Assembly: GCF_001194135.2 (NCBI RefSeq)
Contig: NC_069008.1
Span: 12,682,155 to 12,746,154 of the forward strand
Source: Octopus bimaculoides
Lineage: Eukaryota
DNA length: 64,000 nucleotides
Reading direction: 5' to 3'
Positions 10,250-25,550 of the stretch are shown here, in pieces. A program made the position numbers and the translations under genes. Position 1 is the stretch's first letter, and the number at the start of each line of letters is the position of its first letter. Below the pieces are notes generated by a model, which did not search any database, was not told the DNA's origin, and was given only the letters and a program-made list of their open reading frames with translations.

Positions 10250-11420
10250 AGGTATTCTGGATTGCTAAACAGTGTATCAGAGAGAATTGAAATGTGGGTG
10301 AGAAGTGTATACAGAGGGTTAATGGCATGTTGCTATGAAAGGTTATTAAATGTTGAGAATACATGGGAGGAAGTGAGCCTTCCTAATGTGAACCCAACAG
10401 AAGGATTAGCTATTTACAGCAATATAATAATTAAGACAATTAACCCTTTAGCATTCAGGTTTCTTTTTCAAATGTATTGCTTATTGATTCACATTATTTT
10501 GAATTAATCATGCATTATTTTGTAGCTTCAAGATTTCAATGGTGTTTTTGTATATTTTTAGAGTGACATTACAGGGTAGGTGTGATAGGTTGGATCTGAT
10601 CAGTTTGAACATAAAGCAGGTATAATATTTGGCTGGATATGTCCAGATTACATGCCAAAGGGTTAAGGATATGCAGACAAGGAACTGCTGCTGAGATGTT
10701 TGAATTATCCTGCAGAGTAGGATATGGTATAATGCATATTTTTAATCAGATTATCCAGAATGGTGTCATCCCCAATGACTGGTGCAGTAGCATTAGTCAA
10801 TTGTTACAAGAGTTAAGGAGATGCCTTATAAAGAAGTCATTCCAGAGGTATCAAACTGCTGGACCAGGTCATGAATGTTACAAGAGAGTTGTATCCCAAA
10901 TATTTAGAATCGTTCAGACTAGATGAAATGCAGTTTGAATTTGTATCAGGGAGAAGTATTGTTGATGCTATCCTAGATAACTGGAAGAAAAATATTTAGC
11001 TAAGAGTAAAATATTGTACTGGGCATTCATTGACCTGGAGAAAGCCTTCTACAGATTCTCTCATTCTGTAATCTGGTGTTCTTTGCAGAAGCTAAGGGTT
11101 GACAAATGGCTTGTGAAAACTATACAAGCCATGTACAGGGGTGCTTTCAGTAAAGAGAGTTAACCATGAGTAGAGTGACAAATTTGGTATACAGGTAGGC
11201 TTTCACCAGGGCTTGGTTCTTAGTTCCTCTCCTATTCCTCATTGTCCTTCATGCCATAGCAGAAAAATTTAAGACCAGCTGCACCTGAGAGCTACTATAT
11301 GCTGATGATCTTGTTCTCATAGAATCTGTAATGGAATTATAAAAGAAATTCCAGTGTTGAAGCAAATCCTAGAATTGAAGGACCTTAAAGGTATCTTAGC
11401 AAAGACCAAATATCTTGTAA
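10250..11420 (+). mobile_element. Degenerate RTE-like LINE RT region, interrupted by a TTAA-type MITE at about 10440-10620
   Basis: WEEVSLPNVNPTEG, QIIQNGVIPNDWCSSI, and CTACTATATGCTGATGATCTTGTTCTC (LLYADDLVL) near 11290-11320. Confidence 0.8.
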
Positions 11421-11429
11421 ACAGGGAAA

Positions 11430-11625
11430 TTGCATCACCAACTTGGTATAGAACTCTGCATTGATGGTGTGACCCTTTTGAAGATGGTCAATACAAAATA
11501 CCTTCCCTGCAGGTGAAGTGACCTTGGTCTTCTTTGAGGCAGTTGAGGAGGGGTATTTCCACTGCATGGATTGTTTCTTTCTCTCTGGCTCAAAGTGATG
11601 AAGCCAACACTCCTACTGGGTTTGG
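11430..11625 (-). mobile_element. Mariner transposase catalytic-domain fragment
   Basis: MQWKYPSSTASKKTKVTSPAGKV...IDHLQKGHTINAEFYTKL resembles the mariner QWKHPSSP.PKK....SAGKV...IDYL.KG.TIN.EYY region. Confidence 0.8.
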
Positions 11626-11823
11626 AAACGTTTAAGGAAACCAAACTTTTAGGCTATGGAGATTCCGATTCTGAAAAAAAATTGGCAGTCATGGTATTAG
11701 CTGTCAGAAATGAAAGTAGAAAAATCCAAACAAGGAATGTTACTGCTGGTTTGAGTCGAAATCTGTTTCTTTGGCTACTGACTGGCCGGAGCTATCTGTC
11801 TGTCTGTCTCTTTCTCTCTCTCT

Positions 11824-11859
<36 letters not shown>

Positions 11860-12549
11860 CTATCTATCACTCGTCCACCTTCGTTTGTTTCCGTAGAATT
11901 TATCAAATTAGAAAATGCATTTCCGTAGAATTTATCAAATTAGAAAATGCGTTTCCGTAGAATTTAAACAAATTAAATTCAGTTTAAACTTTATAAATAA
12001 ATATATTTCATTTCATGTTCAGTTTAAACTTTATAAATAAATNNNNNNNNNNNNNNNNNNNNNNNNNNNNNNNNNNNNNNNNNNNNNNNNNNNNNNNNNN
12101 NNNNNNNNNNNNNNNNNNNNNNNNNNNNNNNNNNNNNNNNNNNNNNNNNNNNNNNNNNNNNNNNNNNNNNNNNNNNNNNNNNNNNNNNNNNNNNNNNNNN
12201 NNNNNNNNNNNNNNNNNNNNNNNNNNNNNNNNNNNNNNNNNNNNNNNNNNNNNNNNNNNNNNNNNNNNNNNNNNNNNNNNNNNNNNNNNNNNNNNNNNNN
12301 NNNNNNNNNNNNNNNNNNNNNNNNNNNNNNNNNNNNNNNNNNNNNNNNNNNNNNNNNNNNNNNNNNNNNNNNNNNNNNNNNNNNNNNNNNNNNNNNNNNN
12401 NNNNNNNNNNNNNNNNNNNNNNNNNNNNNNNNNNNNNNNNNNNNNNNNNNNNNNNNNNNNNNNNNNNNNNNNNNNNNNNNNNNNNNNNNNNNNNNNNNNN
12501 NNNNNNNNNNNNNNNNNNNNNNNNATATATATATATATAAAATCAAAAA

Positions 12550-13453
12550 GCTTGTAAACAGAAACTTAGTACATTTCGCCGTTTGTGTTTCCGAGTCGAT
12601 TTTTAAAAATTTCTATTGTGAAAGTTTACTCCGGATTGAGTGGCGTAATGAAACAGATTTGGTGTAATTAAAGATGTTTCATTATAAACACACATTTATG
12701 TAGCATAACAGGTAAGATATAATAATGCAGGTATTTTAGTAAAAGTAGTTGGACATGGGTAATGTAAAACCATTTGATGTTGCTCGTCAGACACTGATAT
12801 TCATTGTAGTCTTCACCAGTTTAATCAATAAGGCATTAAAACAGAATGATTTTTCCTAGACACAACAAAATGATTAAACAGATTTAGACATAAGTACACA
12901 TGTGTGAAAACTGTATATTTTAAAATAAAACGTTCAAGAAATACTTTTAATATGGTGTACATTATGATTTTATTGAAATTTGACGGGTGGGCAAAAAATA
13001 ATGGCACACTTCATTAAAACGTATGAGGAAACAAAGTCGAGGTTTATGAATTATCCGACTTCCCGCTGAAGTTTGTTTTCACATCAAATTCCCACATAAT
13101 TGTAATTTGAAATGTATTTGAAGAAAATTTTATTTAATATATGTCCTCTTTGCAAAAAGTTATGAGGAAACAAATCAAAACACTTCTACACTCTTCCGAA
13201 AACATTCTTCACCACCAATTTCGATATAACAGTAATCTAGAGTACTCACAATGCATATCTAGAAAATTTAATCAAGAAATATGCATTTTTCAGTAAGTTA
13301 GGCAAAAACAAATTTGGTGAGGCACACATCTATAGATCTGCCATGGTTTAAACAACGATAAATCAACGCGCTTATTCTACACCATTCTCATAACTACTAT
13401 GTATGATTGTATAGAAGTTTGCTGTAAATTTAGATTCTGCTAATGAACGTGTA
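12550..13453 (+). promoter_or_regulatory. Conserved ZNF 5' cassette copy 2 (donor GT at 12712)
   Basis: AGCTTGTAAACAGAAACTTAGTACATTTCGCCGTTTGTGTTTCCGAGTC ... GCATAACAG|GTAAGATATAATAATGCAG; runs into an N gap. Confidence 0.6.
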
Positions 13454-13553
13454 NNNNNNNNNNNNNNNNNNNNNNNNNNNNNNNNNNNNNNNNNNNNNNN
13501 NNNNNNNNNNNNNNNNNNNNNNNNNNNNNNNNNNNNNNNNNNNNNNNNNNNNN

Positions 13554-14150
<597 letters not shown>

Positions 14151-14519
14151 TCATTTTCTCATAAAAGACGCATCCTTTCACACGCAAGTGTAAATGCGTC
14201 AATGTTAAAATTTATTACATGACAAGAATTAAGACTATTTTGTCTGCTAAAACGCAGTGTTTTTTTCCTTCATTAATTTCAGTATTGTCAATGTGAACCT
14301 CAAATTTGTCATCATCTGTAAAAATATTGACTCTGAGGTAACTTGATTACTGAAAATACCTGTGGTTGGATTTTTAGGAATTTTTTTCTAAAGAATACTG
14401 AATAAAAAGTTAAACTGTAACCGTTTTGTGTTTGTTTTGTTAATCGATATCGAGACAGTGTCTCCTCTATGAATTGAATATCTCAACTGGCACATAGTCA
14501 CACTTCTTCAATTCCCAGT

Positions 14520-14820
14520 TTTGGAGGTTATTGTCTTGCCATGAACTTGGTGACTCTGCTAGTGTAGTGGTGAAGACATGTGTAGACTGGAGAGAAATGA
14601 AGGTAGTATGTGCAACATCAGTGTATATGTATGGCAAAGTGCAAATGTATTGAGGGAAAAGTTGGGCATAAGAGGAATCAAATGTAGCATGCAAGAGAGA
14701 AGATTACGCTGGTTTGGATGTGTGGTGTGTATGAATGAGGACAGCTGCATAAAGATGTGCTGATCATTGAAAGTGGATGAAACCTATGAAAGAGGGAGTC
14801 CCAAGAAGACGTGAGAGGAT
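14520..14820 (+). mobile_element. 3' end of an RTE-like LINE ORF
   Basis: LREKLGIRGIKCSMQERRLRWFGCVVCMNEDSCIKMC matches the RLRWFGHV motif of RTE-clade ORF C-termini. Confidence 0.75.
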
Positions 14821-14867
14821 TATGAAATGGAGTAGAGGAGCAGTTATCGTTAAATCAGAGGGGAATT

Positions 14868-15238
14868 GTTGGCACTCTGTCGCTTACGACGCTGAGGGTT
14901 CCAGTTGATCCTATCAACGGAACAGCCTGCTCGTGAAATTAACGTGCAAGTGGCTGAGCACTCCAGAGACACGTGTACCCTTAATGTAGTTCTTGGGGAG
15001 ATCCAGTGTGACAAGGCTGGCCCTTTGAATTACAGGCACAACAGAAACAGGAAGAAAGAGTGAGAGAAAGTTGTGGTGGAAGAATACAACAGGATTCGCC
15101 ACCATCCTCTGCCGGAGCCTTGTGAAGCTTTTAGGTGTTTTCGCTCAATAAACACTCACAACGTCCGGTCTGGGAATCGAAATCGCGATCCTATAACTGC
15201 GAGTCCGCTGCCCTAACCACTGGGCCATTGCGCCTCCA
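14868..15238 (-). mobile_element. tRNA-headed SINE (GTGGAGGCGCAATGGCCCAGTGG family)
   Basis: Minus-strand head with A-box TGGCCCAGTGG and B-box-like TTTCGATTCC; closely similar to 15954-16311 and 20077-20440. Confidence 0.85.
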
Positions 15239-15279
15239 CCAGAGTGGAGTATAGAGGAAGGAAAATGACCGGAAAGGAG

Positions 15280-15596
15280 AGAGTGACGTCAGGAATGGAC
15301 AGGAAGAACCACGAAAGGATGTCACGTCAGCAACGCGGTTAATTCGTCTGCTAGAAGCGGTCGTAGAAAAGGAATAATGTTAAGTAGACTTTGTTAAAAC
15401 AATCATATGAAAATTTGAAATGGGACAAAGAAAATAACTGGAACGAAACGAACAAGTCAGTAGCGCCATTTATCGGAGAATTGAATAAACGAATTACATC
15501 AAGGGAAATAACTTATACAACACTGCAATTAAATTACTAATTAGTGTGATTTATAACCGATCACTGAAGCGTTGTTTATATCGGAATACGGTAAGT
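15280..15596 (+). promoter_or_regulatory. Candidate distinct promoter and exon 1 for ZNF-B
   Basis: TGACGTCA at 15284-15291, locally CpG-rich, strong donor ACG|GTAAGT at 15591; acceptor TTCCTTTTTCAG at 17451-17452. Confidence 0.4.
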
Positions 15597-15953
15597 TGAC
15601 AAAGATTTACTTTAAGGCTGTTATGGTGTTGATAATGATAATAATGTAAATAATAGAATTATGTCAGCCTCTCGATGTTACAGTAATTATTTCGAAGCGA
15701 TAACAACATTTGGAAAATATATTTCCTCGTCTTAACCCATAAAGCGCTGAGATTTGCACTTAGACAGCAAGGACTGCCGAGCACATTTTATGAAAATGAG
15801 ACTACCATGTACACATAAAAAAACAAAAAATAGCTAAAATGTCTTCTTAGTATATTATGATGGCAAGTTTTACATCATCCGAAAAGCCATTAGCTGAACT
15901 ATTAGTCTTCTTGCATTCGTCTGGTGGGGCTATCGGAGTGTTTGAGTGAGATT

Positions 15954-16311
15954 GTTGTTGGCACTCCGTCGAGGGTTTCTGTTGATCCGATCAACGGAAC
16001 AGCCTGCTCGTGAAATTAACGTGCAAGTGGCTGAGCACTCCACAGACACGTGTACCCTTATCGTAGTTCTCGGGGATATTCAGCGTGACACAGTGTGACA
16101 AGGCTGACCCTTTGAATTATAGGCACAACAGAAACAGGAAGTAAGAGTGAGAGAAAGTTGTGGTGGAAGAGTAGAGCAGGGTTTGCCACCATCCCCTGCC
16201 GGAGCCTCGTGGAGCTTTAGGTGTTTTCGCTCAATAAACACTCACAACGCCCGGTTTGGGAATCGAAACCGCGAGTCCGCTGCTCTAACCACTGGGCCAT
16301 TGCGCCTCCAC
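15954..16311 (-). mobile_element. tRNA-headed SINE with 12-bp TSD
   Basis: TTGAGTGAGATT (15942-15953) and TTGAGTGACATT (16312-16323) flank the copy. Confidence 0.85.
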
Positions 16312-17602
16312 TTGAGTGACATTAGACCCCAACAAACGCTCATAAATTAAATGCAGCTATCTCGGCCACAATCGTGGCTCGTCGTGCTTTATGTGTTAAA
16401 TAATAACTTCTAAACTGAAATGTTGATCTGCTGTTTATGAAAAGCCATGATAGACTGTTACTTGTGATATAGACGAAATTAATTGGTAAAATGAGAGTAA
16501 AGCGGCGTAATTAATTAGAAATATAAGAGGAAACCGATTGAGGAATACCTCATTAATTAATGATGTGCTGTTGTTTATTGTTGTTGTTGGCACTCCGTCG
16601 CTTACGACATCGAGGGTTCCAGTTGATCCGATCAACGGAACAGCCTGCTCGTGAAATTTTTTTTACGGAATTTACCGAACGCTGTACCTTAACAGCTGGT
16701 TGATCAGCTGTTCTAGTTTGGCAGTTCTGCGAGTCATACCGAAGATAGCCAAAATGACAATGATACTAATAATCTTTTCATAAAGATAATAATCTAACCT
16801 ACTTTTGACCCGAAATTTGGCAGGAGGGCATAAGTCGATTACAAGAACCCCTCTGCTTTGTTGCTTCTTTTTTTTCTACCTGGAATTTATGAAAGTCGAC
16901 CTGGGTGGAATTTGAACTTTGAGAGTAAAGACGTGTAGGGCACAGCCCATGGATTCATAGTAGACGAAATGAAGAGAGGGACTTTCACTGCAGACTAGCT
17001 AGCAAGCTGGTCCACAGAGAAGGGACTTCAGTTTGGGCAGGAGAGGCGCCTGGAGACTTAAATGGCTGATCGTACTCGCCCTGAAAGTGTGTCACCGATT
17101 GAAGCAAAATAAACAACACACCGACAAGCTGAATGATATACTGTTAAGCATTTTGTCCAGCATGCTAATGATTCTGCCTGTACATAATAGAACCCTTCGA
17201 AGTTACAGTAATCACATAGAAAGATTGAGAAAATATGTTCCCTCGTCTTAGATATATGAAACATTGATTGTTTTTGAAAGGTATGAAGAAACAAATTTAG
17301 GGTGTAGGTATGCCAGTTTTTCAATGCCTCAATGAACTCCGACCCTTGCAGACATTGACATTAAGCGGATGACAGTGTTGATGCTGTAAAATGTTGAATT
17401 ACTATGTCGTTTAATTATCCTCCTAATCTTAATGTTTCGTTTCCTTTTTCAGAATATCACATCAAGTTGTCATAAAAGAAATTTCTTCAATCAAATGTGC
17501 CTTTGATATTTTTATCAACTTTCATCAAACTAAAGAAAGCCGATATATTTATAAGAAGCCTTCATCAATACATCAACCTCTTTATATAAATATTCTCTCA
17601 TA

Positions 17603-19266
<1,664 letters not shown>

Positions 19267-20076
19267 NNNNNNNNNNNNNNNNNNNNNNNNNNNNNNNNNN
19301 NNNNNNNNNNNNNNNNNNNNNNNNNNNNNNNNNNNNNNNNNNNNNNNNNNNNNNNNNNNNNNNNNNNNNNNNNNNNNNNNNNNNNNNNNNNNNNNNNNNN
19401 NNNNNNNNNNNNNNNNNNNNNNNNNNNNNNNNNNNNNNNNNNNNNNNNNNNNNNNNNNNNNNNNNNNNNNNNNNNNNNNNNNNNNNNNNNNNNNNNNNNN
19501 NNNNNNNNNNNNNNNNNNNNNNNNNNNNNNNNNNNNNNNNNNNNNNNNNNNNNNNNNNNNNNNNNNNNNNNNNNNNNNNNNNNNNNNNNNNNNNNNNNNN
19601 NNNNNNNNNNNNNNNNNNNNNNNNNNNNNNNNNNNNNNNNNNNNNNNNNNNNNNNNNNNNNNNNNNNNNNNNNNNNNNNNNNNNNNNNNNNNNNNNNNNN
19701 NNNNNNNNNNNNNNNNNNNNNNNNNNNNNNNNNNNNNNNNNNNNNNNNNNNNNNNNNNNNNNNNNNNNNNNNNNNNNNNNNNNNNNNNNNNNNNNNNNNN
19801 NNNNNNNNNNNNNNNNNNNNNNNNNNNNNNNNNNNNNNNNNNNNNNNNNNNNNNNNNNNNNNNNNNNNNNNNNNNNNNNNNNNNNNNNNNNNNNNNNNNN
19901 NNNNNNNNNNNNNNNNNNNNNNNNNNNNNNNNNNNNNNNNNNNNNNNNNNNNNNNNNNNNNNNNNNNNNNNNNNNNNNNATCCCCGTATTATCCTACGTA
20001 GATTGATGAAAAAAAAAATTCGGAAAAAGTTTTTTAAAAGTTTTAAAAAGTACCCTACTTTAATTTCACATGAATT

Positions 20077-20440
20077 GTTGTTGTTGTTGTTGTAGGCACT
20101 CCGTCGCTTACGACGTCGAGGGTTCACAGCCTGCTCGTGAAATTAACGTGCAAGTGGCTGAGCACTCCACAGACATATGTACCCTTAACACAGTTCTCGG
20201 GGATATTCAGCGTGACACAGTGTGACAAGGCTGACCCTTTGAATTACAGGCACAACAGAAACAGGAAGTAAGAGTGAGAGAACGTTGTGGTGGAAGAGTG
20301 CCACCATCCCCTGCCGGAGCCTCGTGGAGTTATAGGTGTATTCGCTCAATAAACACTCACAACGCCCAGTCTGGGAATCGAAACCGCGATCCTATGACTG
20401 CGAGTCCGCTGCCCTAACCACTGGGTCATTGCGCCTCCAC
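20077..20440 (-). mobile_element. tRNA-headed SINE with perfect 12-bp TSD
   Basis: TTCACATGAATT at 20065-20076 and 20441-20452; (TTG)n tail on +. Confidence 0.9.
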
Positions 20441-22060
20441 TTCACATGAATTACTTTGTCATATTAACTGCAGGAAATTACTCTGAAAGATATCTTTGCA
20501 GAAAGGTGAGTAGATTAATTACATTATGTTATCGCAGTTTTGTGAGATTTAGCTGTTATTTCTAGCATGTAAATAGCCTGCTTGGTGAGGGGGCGGAATT
20601 GAAATTTTTCAATTGGGATTCCGTAAAAAAAATAAAAAATAAGGGGGGGAAGGTTCAGATTACATATAAGTACCAGTGAAACACTGGAGTTGATGTTATC
20701 AACTAGCCCCCTCCCCTAAAATGGTTGCCCTTGTTGCAAAATTTGAAACCATTATTTACACAACATTCTTGCAGTGTTAGATAAATCTTTCTCAATTTAC
20801 TGTTTCACATAATNNNNNNNNNNNNNNNNNNNNNNNNNNNNNNNNNNNNNNNNNNNNNNNNNNNNNNNNNNNNNNNNNNNNNNNNNNNNNNNNNNNNNNN
20901 NNNNNNNNNNNNNNNNNNNNNNNNNNNNNNNNNNNNNNNNNNNNNNNNNNNNNNNNNNNNNNNNNNNNNNNNNNNNNNNNNNNNNNNNNNNNNNNNNNNN
21001 NNNNNNNNNNNNNNNNNNNNNNNNNNNNNNNNNNNNNNNNNNNNNNNNNNNNNNNNNNNNNNNNNNNNNNNNNNNNNNNNNNNNNNNNNNNNNNNNNNNN
21101 NNNNNNNNNNNNNNNNNNNNNNNNNNNNNNNNNNNNNNNNNNNNNNNNNNNNNNNNNNNNNNNNNNNNNNNNNNNNNNNNNNNNNNNNNNNNNTATTTAT
21201 AAAAAAAAAATCGTGTGCATGTTATTTTTAACGTAAGTTTTCTTATGATGGCTTCTCTTTTCTGCGTATTACTTCATAAATCTACGGATGCACATACGCA
21301 CATACTAGAGAAAAATGCGTGGACATTGGAATTAGACACTGAGGGAAAATGGCTGTAACTTTTTTATTTTTTAATTTTGACGATTTTCGTTTTCGATAAT
21401 GTGTTCTATATGTCACGGTCATGCGATTCCCCCTAAAAAAAAATTTGGACCCCCCCTTCCCTCCCACACACACCTAACTCTAACCCTAACCAGATTTGGC
21501 TGTTATTTCTAGCATGTAAATAGCCTGCTTGGTGAGGGGGCGGAATTGAAATTTTTCAATTGGGATTCCGTAAAAAAAATAAAAAATAAGGGGGGGAAGG
21601 TTCAGATTACATATAAGTACCAGTGAAACACTGGAGTTGATGTTATCAACTAGCCCCCTCCCCTAAAATGGTTGCCCTTGTTGCAAAATTTGAAACCATT
21701 ATTTACACAACATTCTTGCAGTGTTAGATAAATCTTTCTCAATTTACTGTTTCACATAATTCAATTATTTACACAACATGATTGTAGCCTTAAAAATGTG
21801 CTGAATCATCATTACTGTGTCAGACAAAATACCGCTCAGCATTTTGTCCTGTCTTAACATTCTGAGTTCAAATTCCATTGTTTGAGTTAGCTTTTCATCC
21901 TTTCAGTGTCAGTAAATAACTACCAGAGTAGCACTAGGGTTGATGTAATCAACTAGCCCCATCCCACCAAATTTCAGGTTTTGTGCCTATATTCTTTTCT
22001 ACTCTAAGTACAAGGCCCGAAATTTGTTGATTAGATCTATCATGGTGTTTGAGTGGTTTT

Positions 22061-22372
22061 TTAAACCTGACACTGTTTTGAAAAGACACACCATAGATTG
22101 CATATCTGAGTTGGACCACCAAGAGCTGCAGTTAAGTTCTGATTTTTGTGGATCTGAAAATGTCTTTTGAGGCCTCCCTTAGATTTGAAGACTTCATGGC
22201 ATACACAGCATTGACAGGTGTGCACAGATATATAGGCAGAGTAGTTAGTGGAGGTTCGTTTTTCATGGGTCTGCAAATGAGATTTGAGTCCAGCAAAAGA
22301 AAGGCATGATCTGTCACAAATTGTGCACACAAAATGGTTGCTAAGATTCACCTTTGCAACACCTTTTAACAT
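22061..22372 (-). mobile_element. Two non-TGEKP C2H2 fingers, probably from a LINE ORF C-terminus
   Basis: FVCTICDRSCLSFAGLKSHLQTH and CQCCVCHEVFKSKGGLKRHFQIH; no TGEKP linker and a finger style unlike the cluster genes. Confidence 0.5.
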
Positions 22373-22817
22373 CCATTTCCCATGCTGGCATGGGTTGGAC
22401 GGTTTGACCAGAGCTGCACTGGTTTGGTCATGTGATGTGGATGGATGTCAACAGCTCCTTATGGAGAAGTGCCGATCTCTCAAAGTGGATAGAACTTGTG
22501 GAAGAGGTAGATCCAGAAAGACATGGGACAAAGTACTAAAGGACAACCTCAAGACGGCGAACCTTTCAGACAAGATGACAAAGGACCGAGATACCTGATG
22601 CCTTGCTGTACTCAAGAGGACCAGTCCTCCACAGCAGAAGTGTTATGGCCACATCCCCTGGTGAAGAGGAATGGCCTACAAGAGTCCTGTGCTGGTACCA
22701 CATAAAAAGTTCTTATTCCAGTGTCACATAAAGGCACTCATGCTGGTGCCATTTTAAAAGCACCCAGCACACACTGTAAAGTGATTAATTTTAGGAAGGG
22801 CATCCAGCCATAGAAAA

Positions 22818-23000
22818 TTAATAATTAAAAGCACAATAAATAAGTATCCATTTAATTCTAGTAATAAAATCCTGAAGTTTCAAAATATATTCCTTTCTAG
22901 ATGGGATGAGGATATCCTTCAAAGAGGAATTCCAAAACAGTGGCTCTATCCTACCTGTAAATTCCATAATCAACGAAAATTGGAAGTTAAATACAAACAA
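22818..23000 (-). mobile_element. Penelope-like element ORF N-terminal relic
   Basis: LFWNSSLKDILIPSRKEYILKLQDFITRIKW resembles the FNYSLKNIPIPS..Y.LKL...I.RMRW start of Penelope-like ORFs (from recall, not a search). Confidence 0.5.
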
Positions 23001-23225
23001 TAAACGTTAATTATAAATTGGAAAAAATAATAATATTAGGGATAAAATCCAAAATTACATGTAAAAACTCAATTAAAATCAATTTATTAAAAATTAAAAT
23101 TAAATTAAGTTTAGAATTAAATGGATTATATCATACTTATTTATTGTGCTTTTAATTATTAATATTTCTATATGTGACAATGGATTTTCATCGATGAGTT
23201 CATGAACCTTGGTTCTTTTCCCTAA

Positions 23226-23280
<55 letters not shown>

Positions 23281-23829
23281 CACACTCACACACACATGTA
23301 TATGTCTGTACCTGCGAGTGTCTTTGTGTATTTGTGCATGGCCCTTGTGTTGAAATTATGTGATGGTTGTAAACGAGTGTCATTGTCTTACAAGCAGTGT
23401 TGTTTGTTTCCAGTCTTCCATGATAAACATGTCTGGTTGTGAGAAAATAGAACTGTGCCTGGAAACAGGTGAAGTTTGGTGACAGGAAAGCTTTCCAGCC
23501 GTAGAAAATCTGCTACAGCACATTGCACATTAACCAATGCAAGCATTGTAAAGTGGACATTAAAGGTTGACGATGGTGGCAGTGACAGCTCAGGAGCGAC
23601 TGATCAAAATAAGCCAATTCCAATCATTTACTTTACAAAACTATAATATTGTAATGATGGTCCAATTGGGAATCTTACAGTACATAGAATTTTTATATTT
23701 TCCCTTCCTGACGCTTCTAAATTTGTTAGAATTAATATAGGACTCCATATTACAATCAATTTACTCAATTAGTAAATCTGTGTCCTTAGCATTATCACCA
23801 TAACAATGTACTTATATATTATGATATAT

Positions 23830-24165
23830 GTGCGTGGCCGTTGCCAGTACCGCCTGAGTGGCCTTAGTAGGATTTTCGAGCGAGATCGTTGCCAGTGCCC
23901 CTGGACTGGCTCTTGTGCGGGTGGCACATAAAATGCACCATTTTGAGCGTGGCCGTTGCCAGTACCGCCTGACTGGCCTTCATGCGAGTGACACGTAAAA
24001 GCACCCACTAGACTCTCTGAGTGGTTGGCGTTAGGAATGTCATCCAGTTGTAGAAACTCTGCCAAATCAGATTGGAGCCTGGTGTAGCCATCTGGTTTCA
24101 CCAGTTCTCAGTCAAATCGTCCAACCCATGCTAGCATGGAAAGCGGACGTTAAACGATGATGATG
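23830..24165 (+). mobile_element. (GAT)n-tailed SINE/RTE-derived repeat
   Basis: GAGTGGTTGGCGTTAGGAA...CTCAGTCAAATCGTCCAACCCATGCTAGCATGGAAAGCGGACGTTAAACGATGATGATG. Confidence 0.85.
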
Positions 24166-25109
24166 GTGTCAGCATCTATGTGTATGTGAAAGTGAAGTGA
24201 GTAGCTTCTTCTTTTCTGTTGATATTTCATCATACACAAAACTGGATATTGACTGCAGACTGCCATTGATAAAGACCGACATAAAGCTTTCATTGAATCC
24301 ATTGAAGCATGAAGTCATAGAAAAATAATATTTATCTTCTGTATTTAAGCATATATAAATTTTAGTCAGTTAACTGCGACCATGCTGAAACACTGCCTTG
24401 TGCGGTTTTAATTGAGCAAATTGACCCCAGGTTTTATTTTTTAAGCCTAGTACTTATTCTATCAATCTCTTGCTGAACTGCTAAGTTACAGGAACATAAA
24501 CACATCAACACCTGTTGTCAAGCAGTAATGGAAGGGTAAGGACAGACACAGAGGCACACACGAACGTGCATATATATATATATACGACAGGCTTCTGACA
24601 GTTCCTGTCAACCAAATCCATTCACAAGGCTTTGTTTGGCCAGAGGCTATAGCAGGAGACTCTTACCCAAGGTGCCACGCAGTGGGACTGAACCCAGAAC
24701 CATGTGGTTGCAAAGCAAGCTTCCTACCACACAGCTACGGTTGTCATCATATAATACCCTCTTCTATGTCCTCAGGGGTCAGACATGATTTGCTGAGGCA
24801 GATTTTATACAGTCTGACACCCTTCCTGCCCCTAGCCTTCACCTGTTTCCAAGTAAAGTAATATTTTCCATGAAGAGTCATTTTTCACAGAAGACTAGAA
24901 ACAAACAATGTAGCTTGGATGTTGGTGAAGTTCATTGACTCACATGATGTCAAGACAAGGCTACATTCAAGCATTAGCATACATATACAAAGGCTTTTCC
25001 CAAGGTGCCACGAGACTACATGGTAAGGTAACCATAGCCATGCCTGTTCTATGTATTTATTTATCAACACTGCACACCTTGAAAGCTGAGTGAAGCAGTT
25101 CTATTGTCC

Positions 25110-25550
25110 AGGTAAATGTTTATTTCTACAGCTTATCTCTATAAATATACTAAAATTTATTCTGTTGTATTTTATGTATCTCCTGTATCTTACACTGTTG
25201 TTTCTCTACTATTTCAGAATAACAAATGACACTGGCATCAAAGAATTATATACATCATTTAAATCGGATATATTAGGGAGAAAGTTATATGGAACTCATG
25301 TAAGCCTCCTTATATAAATTTATTGTAAATTGCAGGCAAATATTTTTCCTGAACTGAGATTGATAACCATGATCATTTTCTTGGCTATCTGGAATGTGTA
25401 CAAGGATGATTTTGCTTTTGAATTAAACTTGGATAGATTTAAACCAGTTTCCATATTGACAGTGATCACAGTAGAAGAAATAATTACTGAGAATATATGT
25501 ATATGAAAAGAAGATAAACATCTCTGAATTGTAATGAGAGAAGAAAATTA
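25110..25550 (+). promoter_or_regulatory. Splice acceptor (AG at 25216-25217) and 5' UTR of ZNF-C, with uORF 25226-25276
   Basis: CTGTTGTTTCTCTACTATTTCAG|AATAACAAATGACACTGGCATC; uORF MTLASKNYIHHLNRIY*. Confidence 0.7.

Noticed and set aside
11890-11975. Short tandem duplications (32-bp unit here; 20-bp unit at about 31990-32035; A-rich unit at about 34495-34550)
   Set aside because: Two to three copies each, consistent with ordinary replication slippage.
20552-21760. Identical 262-bp direct repeat (20552-20813 and 21499-21760)
   Set aside because: Perfect identity across an N gap points to overlapping contigs or unmerged haplotypes, not a biological duplication.
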